A stretch of DNA of 64,000 nucleotides from Heterodontus francisci. Taxonomy: Eukaryota. Position numbers and translations under genes: made by a program. This document shows positions 37,103 to 52,100 of this stretch, in pieces. The stretch covers positions 31,218,430 to 31,282,429 of the forward strand of contig NC_090399.1 of assembly GCF_036365525.1 (NCBI RefSeq), written 5' to 3'. Every line of letters begins with the position of its first letter. Positions within the stretch are counted from its first letter, which is position 1. The notes below the pieces were generated by a model. The model saw only the letters and a program-made list of their open reading frames with translations, was not told the origin of the DNA and did not search any database.

Positions 37103-40100
37103 TTATTGAATCCACCAGAATTCTTCCTGGTCATATGTTCCAGCTACTGGTTCCTGTCTGTGCAGAAAAATTTATGGCTAATTAGGCACTAATCTTTAAC
37201 TTGAATGGGTTAATTAACTTAAATTCCGACTTAGATTTACATAAATGAATGGGACATCCATTGCTCTCTTACCTGATTCATTGACTTGCTTTGAGGCTGA
37301 GGGTCACGTCTAGCTGTGAATTGAATGAAAAAGAAGTGTCTGTAAATAGCATAACGTTTCAACCCCACAAAGACACAATCTGAGAACATATATTTCAAAT
37401 GCTGATTTTTTTAAGCTTGTTTCGATATAATGTTGCCATTTAAAAAAGAAAAACGCGCCACAAGTTTGGTTCAGGTCATTTGCAGTAAAATTGTTCATGG
37501 AAGTTTGTCTGCTGCGTTGTGGGGAAAGAGAAGGGGAGTGGGACTTACTGGATAGCCCTTTCAAAGAGCCAGCACAGACGCAAAGGGATGAATAGCCTCC
37601 TTCTGTGCTGGATCATTCTACGATAGTAGCAAGATCATGGGAGCAGAACAGCCTCAGCTCCTCCTCCAAGGGATGTGTCATTCTCACTTGGGCATATACT
37701 CCAGTTTGGTTATATGTGTTGTGTCAAAATCCTGAAATTATCTATCCAATGCCATTGTGGTAGCACTATCACCAGAATGACTGCAGATGTATAAAAAAAT
37801 TCACTATTACCTTCGCGGAACAACTAGGGATGGATCAAAAATGTGGCTCGGTTAACATTACCAAACAAATTTAAAAATCACACAGAGACATTACATAGAA
37901 TCTATTGGATTTTATAGTGGCAATGTTGGCAAAATCGTTAGTGCTCACCGTCATTACTCCACTGAAGCTGACAACAACTTTGGAGACCGCACACGTACAG
38001 GAGATCAGAAATCCGGAAGTAGCTGCCGGTAATTCTACACTTCTCCAGAGGGTGTGCTGCTGAGGCTTCTCCATGTTGCAATTGAGGGGAAATCACTGAA
38101 ATGACCAGAAATTCCACTCTTCGGCTTTTCCTCTCCACTGCAAAGACGTTTGAAAAGTTACACTTTATTGAATGAGATGTAATTCGGTTTTTAACGGAAC
38201 ACTAACTTCATAGTTTCTGCTTAAATCCCTCACTGACTCAGAAAAGCTAATTTTCTATTTGTGGTCAAATTTATGGTCAAAATTATATATTTATAAGTTA
38301 AATTATCTTTATTTTAGCTTCTTCATGGACCAATGATTAGTCATTCATTTTTTATCTGAAATTTTAACTTAACGGTGAAGGGATTCAGTGTTTTTAACTT
38401 CCTAGTTGGCTGTCTGCCAGAATACTTCAATGCGATTGGCTACTTACCTTGCGTGTTGCGATCACTGCAGTTGCACGTCTGGAGTTTCTTTTGATTTGGT
38501 GCTGCATTCAATCTGACAATGGGGAATTTAATGACACAAAGATCGCCAGATCTGGACAGCTCCATTTGAGGGTAGTAAAATCTGAACCAAAGAATTATAT
38601 GATATTGTCACGCAGCACAAGCTGACTCAAACGTGTCTTCAGATGAACTCTGGTGAGCTCTCCAAAGTCAGCGTTGTCATTTGAGCTTCCAGATGTTTTA
38701 TCATCTCTCTGATTGAGAATTGAAACTAGGAGTCAATTTGTACCAAATTACAGATTGTTTTCTCCTCCTGAGAAGATGAGGTAGAAATTAGTCAGGGGTG
38801 GTGGGGGCAGGGGAGCACAAAATATTAGGGGTATTAGATCGACCTGTGGTTTTCTCCACTGATTTCAATAAATTTTAATATTAATTAGGGTGTATAATTG
38901 GCGGCTGAAGGGGCAACACCCGTGCTGTGCAAGATGAAATTGTACATTCATAAAAGGTTTCAGTACTTACAGACAGTAGAACGGGAAAAGACATATTCAA
39001 TTAGTAACTGCTTGACACAAATTCACGAGGTTACAGGACAAAACTGATAATAAAGCATTTAGTTCCCCCAAAGAATGCACTTTTTTTTGTATCAGCCGCC
39101 TTTTGCGTTAAGCTTTTCATATCCATAATCTTTCCTGTGAAATTAAGGGGGACATTTTACTTGGCTTGACAATAAAATGTACATCAAGAAAGTAGTTCTG
39201 ATTTGATAGCTTGTTAACTTCCAGCAAGTTGGATGTAAACAAATAATTTTTAGAATCTCAATGCAAGTTTGTATTTATTTGTTTGGGGGCGTAGTTGGCA
39301 AGGCCATCATTTATTGTCCATCTCTAATTGCCTTTGAGAAGGTGGTGGTGAGCTGCCTTCTTGAACCACTGCAGTCCTTGGGGTGTAGGTACACCCACAA
39401 TGCTGTTAGGAAGAGAGTTCCAGGATTTTTACCCAATGACAGAGAAGAAAGAGCAATATAGCTCCAAGTCAGGATGGTGTGTGGTTTGGAGGGAGACTTG
39501 CAGGTGGTGGCGTTCCCATGCTTCTGCTGCTCTTATACTTCTAGGTGGTGGAGGTTGCCTTAATTTCCCCTTCATTTCAGCCAGGACCAGCCTCGGCAGC
39601 ACACCCTCTGGAGAAGTGTAGAATTACCGGCAGCAACGTCTGGATTTCTGTTCTTCTGGACGTGTGCTGTCTCCAAAGTTGTTGTCAGCTTCAGTGGAGT
39701 AATGACGGTGAGCACTAACCATTTTGCCAAAATTGCCACTGCAAAATTCTATGTTATTGCACTGTGCAATTTTTAAAATTGGTTGGTACTGTGAACAGAG
39801 TCACATTTTGCTCCATCCCTCGTTGTTCCGCGAAGGTAATAGTGAAGAGAGACATGTTCCTGTGAAAATGAGGGGTAGAAATGGCAAGATTAGGGAACCA
39901 TGGATGACAGGTGAAATTGTGAGACTAGCTAAGAGGAAAAAGGAAGCACACATAAGGTCTAGGCGGCTGAAGAAAGACGAAGCTTTGAAAGAATATCGGG
40001 ATTGTAGGCGCAATCTGAAACGAGGAATTAAGAGGGCTAAAAGGGGTCATGAAATATCTTTAGCAAACAGGGTTAAGGAAAATCCCAAAGCCTTTTATTC

Positions 40101-43100
40101 ATATATAAGGAGCAAGAGGGTAACTAGACAAAGGATTGGCCCACTCAAGGACAAAGGGGGAAAGTTATGCGTGGAGTCAGAGAAAATGGGTGAGATTCGA
40201 AACGAGTACTTTGCATCGGTATTCACCGAGGAGAGGAACATGACGGATGTTGAGGTTAGGGACAGATGTTTGATTACTCTAGGTCAAGTCGGCATAAGGA
40301 GGGAGGAAGTGTTGGGTATTCTAAAAGGCATTAAGGTGGACAAGTCCCCAGGTCCGGATGGGATTTATCCCAGGTTACTGTGGGAAGCGAGAGAGGAAAT
40401 AGTTGGGGCAACAGATAACAGATATCTTTGCAACATCCTTAAACACGGGTGAGGTCCCGGAGGACTGGAGAATTGCTAATGTTGTCCCCTTGCTTAAGAA
40501 GGGTAGCAGGGAAAATCCAGGTAATTATAGACCGGTGAGCCTGACGTCAGTGGTAGGGAAGCTGCTGGAGGAGATACTTCGGGATAGGATCTATTCCCAT
40601 CTGGAAGAAAATGGGCTTATCAGTGATAGGCAACATGGTTTTGTGCAGGGAAGGTCATGTCTTACCAACTTAGTAGAATTCTTTGAGGAAGTGACAAAGT
40701 TTATTGATAAGGGAAGGGCTGTAGATGTCATAGACATGGACTTCAGTAAGGCGTTTGATAAGGTTCCCCATGGTAGGCTGATGGAGAAAGTGAAGGCGCA
40801 TGGGGTCCAAGGTGTACTAGCTAGATGGATAAAGAACTGGCTGGGCAACAGGAGACAGAGAGTAGTCGTGGAAGGGAGTTTCTCAAAATGGAGACGTGTG
40901 ACCAGTGGTGTTCCACAGGGATCCGTGCTGGGACCACTGTTGTTTGTGATATACATAAATGATTTGGAAGAAAGTATAGGTGGTCTGATTAGCAAGTTTG
41001 CAGACGACACTAAGATTGGTGGAGTAGCAGATAGTGAAGGGGACTGTCAGAGAATACAGCAGAATATGGATAGACTGGAGAGTTGGGCAGAGAAATGGCA
41101 GATGGAGTTCAATCAGGGAAAATGCGAGGTGATACATTTTGGAAGATCCAATTCAAGAGTGAACTATACAGTAAATGGAAAAGTCCTGGGGAAAATTGAT
41201 GTACAGAGAGATTTGGGTGTTCAGGTCCATTGTTCCCTGAAGGTGGCAACGCAGGTCAATAGAGTGGTCAAGAAGGCATACGGCATGCTTTCCTTCATCG
41301 GACGGGGTATTGAGTACAAGAGTTGGCAGGTCATGTTACAGTTGTATAGGACTTTGGTTCGGCCACATTTGGAATACTGCGTGCAGTTCTGGTCGCCACA
41401 TTACCAAAGGACGTGGATGCTTTGGAGAGGGTGCAGAGGAGGTTCACCAGGATGTTGCCTGGTATGGAGGGCGCTAGCTATGAAGAGAGGTTGAGTAGAT
41501 TAGGATTATTTTCATTAGAAAGACGGAGGTTGAGGGGGGACCTGATTGAGGTGTACAAAATCATGACAGGTATAGACAGGGTGGATAGCAAGAAGCTTTT
41601 TCCCAGAGTGGGGGATTCAATTACTAGGGGTCACGAGTTCAAAGTGAAAGGGGAAAAGTTTAGGGGGGATATGCGTGGAAATTTCTTTACGCAGAGGGTG
41701 GTGGGTGCATGGAACGCATTGCCAGCGGAGGTGGTAGACGCGGGCACGATAGCGTCTTTTAAGATGTATCTAGACAGATACATGAATGGACAGGAAGTAA
41801 AGAGATACAGACCCTTAGAAAATAGGCGACAGGTTTAGACGGAGGATTTGGATCGGCGTAGGCTTGGAGGGCCGAAGAGCCTGTTCCTGTGCTGTAATTT
41901 TCTTTGTTCTTCTTTGTTCTTTGAAATGTTTTCTTTTACATCTGCAGTCATTCTGCTGAAGGTGGTGCCGAAGGGGTTTCTGTGAGTTGCGACAGTGCAA
42001 CTTGCGTATGGTACACACTGCTGCCACTCTGCATCAGTGGTGAAGGACGTGAATAATGAAGGTTGTGCATGGGGTGCCAATCAAGCGGGCTGCTTTGTCC
42101 TGGATTGGTGTCAAGCTTCTTGAGACTTGTTGCAGCTCCACCATCCAGGCAAATGAACACTATTCCAGCACACTCCTGACTTGTGCCTTGTAGATGGTGG
42201 ACAGGAATTGAGGAGGAAGAAGGTGAGTTAGTCGACCTCTGAATTCCTAGCCTCTGTCCTGCTCTTGTAACCACAGTATTTAGGTGACTGGTTCAGTTCA
42301 GTTTCTGGGCAATCTTGACGCCCAGGATATTGATAGTGAGGGATTCAGCGATGAGAATGCCATTGAACATCAAGGAGAGATGGTTAGATCCTACCTTGTC
42401 TGAGGTGGTCATTGCCTGGCACAAATGTAACTTGCTACTTATCAACCCAAGCCTGGATGTTGTTTTCACTTCTTTAGTACCTGAGGAGTCGCGAATGGTG
42501 CTGAACATTATGCAATCATCAGTGAACATCCCCACTTCTGACCTTATGATGGAGCAAAGGTCATTGATGAAGCAGCTGAAGATGTTTGGGCCTAGAACAC
42601 TAACCTGGGGAACTCCTGCAGTGATGGCCTGGGACTGAGGTCATTGACTTTCAACAACCACAGCCATTTTCCTTTGTACTAGGTATGACTCCAAGCAGAT
42701 AACAGTTTCCCCCTGATTCCCATTGACTCCAGGTATGCTCGGGCTCCTTGATGCTATACTCGGTCAAATGCTGCCTTGATGTCAGAGGCAGTCAATCGCA
42801 CTTCACCTCTGGAGTTCAGCTCTTTTGCTATGTTTGGCTGTTATGACGTCAGCAGCTGGCGGAACCCGAACTGAGCATCATTAAGCAGGGTATTTCTGAG
42901 CAAGTGTGGCTTGACAGCACTGTCGAAAACACCTTCCATCACTTTACTGATGATTGGGAGTAGACTGATGGGGCAGTAATTGGCCGGGTTAGACTTATCT
43001 TGCTTTTTGTGTACAGAACATATCTGGACAATTTTCCACATTGCCGGGTAGATGCCAGTGCTGTAGCTGAAATGGAACAGCGTGGCTAACTGTTTTAAAC

Positions 43101-46100
43101 ACAAATATCTCCACCCCAACATGCCCCCTCTCTTGTAGATGTCCTCTCACCATTTTATTTCATCACAACCTGCAGTCCAACAGGTCATTATTTACGAATG
43201 CTAGTTTCAGATTGGTGCCATTATTTGTTTAGACATACAGCACTTCGGCCACCGAGTCTGCGTCGACCATTTATACTGATCCTACCTCCCTACCCCATCC
43301 TGACCTTCCCTCAATGCCCCTACCACCTACCTATACTAGGGGAAATTCATAATGGCCAATTTACCTATCAACCGACACGTCTTTGGCTGTGGGAGGACAC
43401 CAGAGTACCCGGCGAACATGCTAACTCCGGACAGGCAGTACCTAGAATCGAACTGTGAGGCTGCGGTGCTAACCACTGCGCCACCGTGCTGCCCCAGGTC
43501 TAGCGATATTGTCCAAATCTGCATTCATCAACAGTGCCCTGCTTATTGGCATTCCAATACGCTGGTCCATTACTTTGGCTGATAGCATATAAAAGGTATT
43601 TCAGTGAATTTTGAAAGCTTCCAAGTCGTCCGTTTTTTAAGACTTTTATTTGCAAGGAACCTACAGTTATACTTCAGCAGGTGTGAAACAGAAGAGGTGT
43701 AAAATGAACAGCAGGTTTCAGGAATGCCAACACGGACTGATTCCCAGCTCCTCAGCCCGAGCACAGCCCAGCAGTAATAATCCCTATCGCACGTGGGAGC
43801 CAGTAATCCAACCTGTATCTTCCAAGGTATGGGTCAGTAACACACTGATAGCGTGTTTCTTCACAATTAGTCAAGCGTCTAATTCATTGTCAACTTCCCG
43901 TAATCACATAAAGTCTTTTATTTTAACAGTTGACGGAAGTCAGAAGATTATTATACCTGAGTAATAAATTGTTGGGAAACTGACTCCAACCTGCCACCTC
44001 GTGGCCACAACCTGTCACAGACATCTACAAGAATAACCGTTGTCACAATCTTATGCTAAAATCGGGTTTAACTGAAAAAAGATATTGGGACAGGAAGTCC
44101 ATGTCTAGGACAGTATTTGTAATGATATATAAAGGAACGAAGCTGCTTAATTCCTTCACTGTGTTATTTAGTTATACTCTGGAACTCGGGAAATAAAGAT
44201 TTCTTTCTGACCTATTCGTCGCTATGGTACCAAAAGAAAAACTAAAAGAAGCCGAATCTGAAATAGGTTCAACAAAATATAATTTAGAGAAATTCTTGAC
44301 TCACTCTAAATCAGCATGTTCCGAAATCGCACCCAGATAATATCGTTGTTGAAAATAATCCATCCGTATCGTCGCTTATTGTACCCAGTCTCTTTCAGTT
44401 TTCTGTTTAAATAGAAAGATTAGGTTAGACTGGATTGGGCAGACATTGTGTACCCTTCACAAGCCCCATGCTGACACTCTTTGTTTAGTTGATGTTTGCA
44501 CAAGTGATCAGTCATTCCATCTCTTTAAATTTTGATTAAGAAGGAAAGGTACCCAAAAGTAGTAAAGTTGGATTTAAAAAATACCAGTCTAGGTAATCAA
44601 ACTGCAAAGTATAGATGAGCTCAAACAAGAACTGGATATATTTTTGCAGAGACAGAGTGGGGATAGAGGGATATGATGAAAAGATTTGATATCAGATAAA
44701 GATTTGAATTCCTGGTTCTCTTACCGCCTCCCGTTCTTAACAAGATCGTGTTGTCTTAAAAGTAGATATTTTGAAAGAATTACCTTCGACGATATATCAA
44801 TATAGGTAATTGCCAAATATATTACTCTATGAAATCCATCCATTTGATACAGTTAACAGATTATGTTCTGTTGTGTTTCGCCTTTGCTACTGCAGAAAAG
44901 CTTGAGAGGACAAAGTACATCTGAACAGTTTTCTAAACCTATGATTTTGATAGTGTAGTTTTATTAGAAGGAACATGTGTCAAATTACGTGTGCCAAGGG
45001 TGAGCGTTCTGCGTCGAAATATGTTGAAATTAAAGATTATATTTCACAAAGTTGGTGATAAACTGTTCTGTTAATATTGCTGCTTACCTGATTTTGTGAG
45101 TTGATTGGAGAACTTTCGGCATCTACAAGTACAAAATATAACGTATGAGAAAATTCCAATGGAGTTTAATACAGAAAAGTATAGCACAATATTCAGATTG
45201 ATAGATGAATGTTTGATTGGTGATAGATGGATAGGTAGATAGAGAGAGACCATAGATTTATTCGAGGTACAGCTCAGCCACGATCTAATTGAATGGCAAA
45301 AAAGGTTCAAGGTCTTGAATGACCTATTCCTGTTTCTATGTTCCTATAACGTCTGACCATGCATCTCAGGGAGTCCAAAGCGCTTCTCAGAGAGTTAATC
45401 ACTGGGTGTCTAATCACTGTTGTTACGAAGGTAAAGATACAGCAAGGTTCAAGAAACAGCAATAAGATGACCAATTCATCATTTTGGATCTTTCTGTATG
45501 CTTGTATGTGGTGGGTGTGTTTCATTAAAGAGCATTAGGTAGGATACGGAAATCATGCCTTGTTGTTTGCTTCTCAAACATCGACAACGTCCATCTGACC
45601 AAATAGGCAGGACTTCAGTCTTTTCTCCTCCAAAGGATAGAATATCTGGCAATGTAGCACTCTCTCAGTCCGACACAAAGCTACAATTATTTACCGACCT
45701 CTTGAAGTAGAACTTAATACTGCAATCGTTTGGTTCAGACCCGAGAGCACTTCCAATTGAATCAAACTGACATAAAATAGGCCGATCACCAACAGGTACA
45801 CATACATTTGTGTAATGTCTCACTGCCATTCATTAATAGCTGGCAATAGCTGGAAATCATCCTGGAAGAAAATAAATTAAAATAGCAAGCAAAGTAGTTT
45901 GATACAGATGCAATAAGCATTCCCCAGATAAGCTATAGCAACCGACTTGTTACAACAACTGGAGACAACATTCATCTGATTTACCACATAAAGACAGATA
46001 GTTCATATAATCGTGATATCAAGAAACAACTGAAGGCACTGGATACTGGAAAGGCTATGAGCCCCGACAATATTCCGGCCACAGGACTGAAGGCCTGTGC

Positions 46101-49100
46101 TCCAGAACTTGCCGCACCCCTAGCCAAGCTGTTCCAGTGCAGCTACAACACTGGCATCCACCCAGCAATGTAGAAAATTGCCCAGGTATGTCCTGTACAC
46201 AAAAAGCAGGACAAGTCCAACACGGCCAGTTACCGTTCAATCAGTCTACTCTCAATTACCAGTAAAGTGATGGAAGGTGTCATCGACAGAGCTATCAAAT
46301 GGCACTTACTTCGCAATAACCGTCTCAATGGCGCTCAGTTTCGACCTAACAACATCCTTGGTTTAAGCATGGAAAAAATAGTTGAAATCAAGAGGTGAGT
46401 TGAGAGTGTCTGCCCTTGACACCAAGGCAGCATTTGTCCGAGTATGGCATCAAGGAGCCCGAGCAAAACTGAAGTCAATGGGATTCAGGGGGAAAAGTCT
46501 ATACTGGTTGGGGTCACACCTAACACAAAGGAAGATGGTTGTGGTTGTTGGAGGTTAATTATCTTAGCTCCAGGACATCACTGCAGGAGTTCCTCAGGGT
46601 AGTGTCCTAGGCCCAACCATCTTCAGCTGCTTCATCAATGACCTTCCTTCCGTCATAAGTGGGGATTTTGCTGATGATTGCACAATGTTCAAAACCATTT
46701 GTAATTCCTCAGATACTGAAGCAGCCCATGTAGAAATGCAACAAGACCTGAACAATATCCAGGCTTGGGCTGAGAAGTGGCAAGTAACATACGCGCCACA
46801 TAAGTGCCAAGCAATGACTATCTGCAACAAGAGTGAATCTAACCATCTCCCTTTGACATTCAATGGTATTACCATCACTGAATCCCCCACTATTAACTTG
46901 CTAGGGATTACCATTGACCAGAAGCTGAACTGAAGTAGCCATATAAATACCGTGGCTACAAGGGCAGGTCAGAGGCTAGGAAACGTGCGGTGAGTAACTC
47001 AACTCCTAACTCCCCAAAGCCTGTCCAACATCTACAAGGCGCAAGTCAGGAGTGTGATGGAATACTCTCCACTTGCCTGGATGGGTGCAGCTCCAACAAC
47101 ATTCAAGAAGCTCGACACCATCCAGGACAAAGCAGCCCGCTTGACTGGCACCCCATCTACAAACATTCACTCCCTGCACCACCGACGCATAGCGGCAGCA
47201 GTGTGTACCAAGATGCACTGCAGCAACGCACCAAGGCTCCTGAGACAGCATCTTCCAAATCTGTAAACTCTACCAACTAGAAGGACAAGGGCAGAAAATG
47301 CATGGGAACTGCACTACCTGCAATTTCTTCTCCAAGTCACACACCAGCCTGACTTGGAACTATGTCGCCGTTCTTTCACTGTCATTGGGTCAAAATCCTG
47401 GAACTCCTTTCCTAACAGCATTGTGGGCATTCCTATCTCACATGGACTGCAGTGGTTCAAGAAGGCAGCTCACCACCACCTTCTCAAGGCAGTTAAGGAT
47501 AGGCAATAAATGCTGGTGTAGCCAGGCACGCCCACTTCCCATGAATGAATAAAAAGAAAAGTTGATCCCATTTTGTGTTCATTAAAATGACGGATAAGTC
47601 CATTTTTGTTGCGTTAAGTGTTAGGTAAAGCATGGGTCCAATTGAGATCTCAAGAAAGTACCTCCCCTGTAACACTTCCATTTCCCACTGCAGCCATTTT
47701 CTCTGGGGTGGGGTGAAGTGGTGCGGATAATTGTCCATTTTGTGGCAGAGATTGAATTGCGATGCAGAGATTGAATTGAGGCTCTTCAAACTCATTTCAT
47801 ATATCACATTTAGACCCAACAGTGGATAGGATTTAGTCTTCTCTGTCTGGACTGATTATATTCATATGTGGGATATAGGCGGTGCTGACTAGGCCAGCAT
47901 TTATTACCCATCCCTTATTTCCCTTGATCTGAGGGGCTTGCTAAGGCATTTCAAAGGGCATTTAAGAGTCAACTACCTTACTGTGGGTCTGCAGTCACAT
48001 GTAGTCCAGACCAGGAAAGGACAGCAAATTTCATTCCCTAAAGGACATTCGTGAACCAGATGGGCTTTTACGACAGTCCACAATGGTTTCATGGTCACCA
48101 TTAGACTAGCTTTTTTAAATTCCAGATTTGCTAATTGAATGCAAATAAGCTTGGGCTCTGAATTACTAGCCCAGTGGCATTACCACTATGCTACGAGCGC
48201 CTCTCCTGAATTAAGATAGCAAATCTAATGCACTACATCAGAAGCTCCTTTCTATAATTATTCAGGATAGCTCCATTTTGCTTTCATGTGGTTGAGTGAG
48301 TGATATTCTGTTATCTTTGAGGCAGAAATTTGGGGGTTCATGTTCCACTCCAGGTACTTGCACACGAAATCCAGATGACACTCTATTGTAGTGCTGAGGG
48401 AGTGTTGTATTGTTGGAGGTACTACCTTTCGGTTGAAATTTTAAACCAGGGCGGGCATAAACTGTCCCATGTCACTACTTTGAAGAACAAGGGAGTTCTC
48501 TCATTGGTGGGAGATCCACCGGATCAGTGGGAATGCTAGTTTTGCGTCCTGGCCAATAGAATTCTCCAGGGAATGAAATGGGCAGTAATATTAGGTGGCG
48601 TGTAAAAGTTGCTTTGTCCTGACGGGTAGGTCAGCTGCAGCATTGGTTTTACACTCTGATTAAACTCCCTATTGAAGAGTAATATAGGGCATGATGTAAA
48701 CAGGCATTTCACCTGATCATGCGTGTTTCTGCCTTAGGTTAGAATTAGCACCCATTTCATCAATCCGTGCCACTGCAGAAGAGAAATGATGCAAGATCAT
48801 GCCGATATGAAAATTAGTGTAGTATTCATCAAGACGAATCAAAGATAAGGTGGAATGAGGAATAAAATGAAACAGATTTTATGCATTTCAGTTAAAAGAT
48901 GGAGTAAAATGGTAGGGGTGAAATTCAACTTCCCTGGGATGTAGAACAGCAGCCTGTTCCACCTGCAATGTTTTCACTGGGAATAGAAGTTGGCGGAGTG
49001 TATTGACAGGGGGCTGACCATTTAACACCCATTTTACGACCCTGCAGGTGTTACGTTTTATGCCCATGTGTCTTAAGCAGGACACAGAGATGCACAGTTT

Positions 49101-52100
49101 TGACTGTTGGAACCGTGTTGCACGATATAAGTAACCGACAAGTTAACCAGCTCCTATGAAATCCCTAATCTCTCTGATCTGAAATAGTGAACAAACTTTC
49201 ATATGTATGTGTCAACATGCTCAAAGCCAACAGCACACAACTCGTGTGGAACCCACTGGGATGGAGATTTGCTTTGGTTCATAGTGCTAAATGGACGGTA
49301 TCACCTCGCCTGCCTGTTAAAAGCCCACTTGATATTCAAGACTATTTCAGTCTATCACATGCCTGCAATATTGCTTTGCTCACTTTTTAACAGAGCCATT
49401 AGCCAATTTAAAATAAAACTGTTAATGCTTCACAGTGCTAACACGAAAGAGTTAATCGTGTCAATCATGGAAATAATCATTTCTAGGCTATATATTTTAA
49501 GATAAAACAAAAACATTGAGGTGGATCAACATATTTTGGATGGTTCTGTGTGTAGGTAATGCAAAGCCCTGGTCAAAGGAGCATTATTTGATATCCACCA
49601 CCCACCGCCCCCCCACCCCCCCGCCCCGCCCCCACCCCACGTCCCACGACCACCCGCTTTCCCATGATGCAATATTGAACTCTTTCATCAGGGGACAGCA
49701 GCGGCCGGAGGTGCAGTAAACACATAAACACACATGAAATAGGAGTAGGGGTAAACCATATGGCCCTTCGAGCCTGCTGAGCCATTCAATACGATCTTAG
49801 GCTTCAACTGCACTTACCCGCCCGCTTGCCATACCACTTGATTAGCTGAGACACCAAAAATCTTTCTACACCAGTCTTAAATGTATTCAATAATGGAGCA
49901 TCCACAACCCCGAGGGATAGAGAACTCCAAAGATTCACAACCCTTTGAGTTAAGTAATTTCTCCTCATCTCAGTCCTAAATGATGGGTCCCTTCTCCTGA
50001 GACTGTGGCCCCGTGTTTTAAATTCCCGGCCAGCGGAAAACATCTCTCAGTGTCTATCCTATCCAACCCCCTTAGAATCTTACATTTTTCAATGAGATCA
50101 CCTTGCATTCTTCTAAACTCCAGAGAATATAGCCCCAATTGACTTAGTCTCTTGTCATAGGACAACACCCTCAATCCAGGGATCAATCTAGTGAACCTTT
50201 GCTGCACTGCCTCTAATGCACGTATATCCTATCTCAAATGTGGAGACCAAAACTACACACAGTATTCCAGATGTATTCGCACCAAAACCCTGTACAATTA
50301 TAGTACTAAACGTCCATTCATTGGAATGCAAATAATTGGTTGTTTCTTTTAGGTTGAGAGTCTTGAACTAGGGCTCATAGTCTCAGGATAAGGATGGGGA
50401 TATTTTGGACTTAGATGAGGAGCAAGTTTTTCACTCAGATGGCTGTGAATCATTGACATTCTCTATCCCAGAAAGATGTGGATGCTCAGTCACTGGACAT
50501 ATTCAAGACACTGGTCGATAGAGTTTTAGACACTAAGACAATCAAGGGATATGATGATAGCATGGGACAGTGAAGTTGAAGTAAAAGATCAGTCATGATC
50601 TTATTGATGGAGGTTCAGCCTCAAGGGCCATAAGGCCTACTACTCCTGTTCCTATTTCTTAACTTCTGAGTGACCTCAATCCTAAAGTGGAGATATTATT
50701 ACCCAGGGAATCAGTATCAGATTGTCCTGCATTTTGCATAAGACTTCAATGTTGTCTTTGGGACTGGCATTGCCAATTTACTGACAGCTTATGACAGATT
50801 ATGATTGTATCCCTGATGAAGGCCCTTTCACTCTGAGACGTGGCTGAAGACTACACCAGGTTTGTTTGACTCAGGATGCCTAGAGCTGACAGATGCAGGA
50901 AGGCTGGATTCCAACTCACCCAGCTGGTGAAAGAACAGGCTATTACATCACCGTGTCTTCTGTCTTCAGAAACAATCAAGTTTTGTTTCATCTGGCAATA
51001 TTGAACAAGGGTGAGGGCGAATTGAAACATCTGATGCGCAAGTGTGTACAGAGCTCTTTTGTCTGGTCATGCGTATGCTGACCCAATCTTATGCTCAGCA
51101 AATACTAGTCTCAAACTAATGTCGCATCTATTTTTAGACCACCCTCCCTTTTACACTGCTTACCTTAAATCATTCCACCACCAGCATCAGTTCACAGCCA
51201 GTGAACAGCCACGCAAAATGTACAGTGAAACTTCCCAATGTTTGTGCTGTTACTCCAACAGAATGCCTGAATAATATAAACTTAGGCGGGAACTAGCAGA
51301 GAACCACCAAATAGTTGCCATCAAATTTGTATTTCTTTAAACACGGTACTTCTTTCAACTCAGATTTCAGCAGAATCCAAACCTCACTCTGCAAAAGGCT
51401 ATATAAAGATGCCCACGTGTGAAAAATAGGCCTATCAATGTAAATACAAATTTCCTTAACAGTCTGGTGTTGTGACTTGCTTATAGTGATAGGTTATGAA
51501 AGTCTAATGAGGAACTAAATTCGCCTCACTGAAAAAGGCAGATTTACATTTGATGGGCTCAATATTATTTGCGGAATAAACACTCCCTTTTCTTGAAATA
51601 AGCCTGTTATAATGTCAGCATCTATCATAAAAGAAAACAATTCCCTAACTCAAGATCGTGTTCCGTGACAAAGTACTTGTTTAGGATTCAAGTTTTGCAG
51701 CAACATGATAACTGCTCCTTCTTTGAGTCTAAGTTTATGTGGTGACATACCCATTGGAGTTAGGTTGTGTAGAAACTCTGGTGGGTATAGACTGTTATCA
51801 TCTTTTTCTATGCTGATGTATTCTTTTAATTCAGCTTTTCATTCAAACCAAGATTTTCATTTTAGCACAAAGAATAGCTTTTGAATAATAAAGTTGTATC
51901 AAATAATTGTCCCCACCATTTTGCCACACTTAAGAATTTCTATCATTTCATCCACCCCCATGCCATCCCCAACCCACGCCATTCCATAATTATCATGCCA
52001 TCCCTCTAAATCCACCCTATTCCATTCCTTCCGTCCCTCCCAAACCATCCCTATCCCACTCTTTCCATTCCCATCACTCACAGAAACAATCTCTTCAGCC

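Noticed and set aside
45307-45525. Hydrophobic ORF (ELVILLLFLEPCCIFTFVTTVI) resembling the gene A TM
   Set aside because: The DNA matches the Deu-SINE core and tail (aacagtgatt...aagcgctttgga); no good splice donor.
50812-50845. CTGATGA...GAGACGT hammerhead-like string
   Set aside because: GAAA is mutated, stem II does not pair convincingly, and there is no Penelope context.
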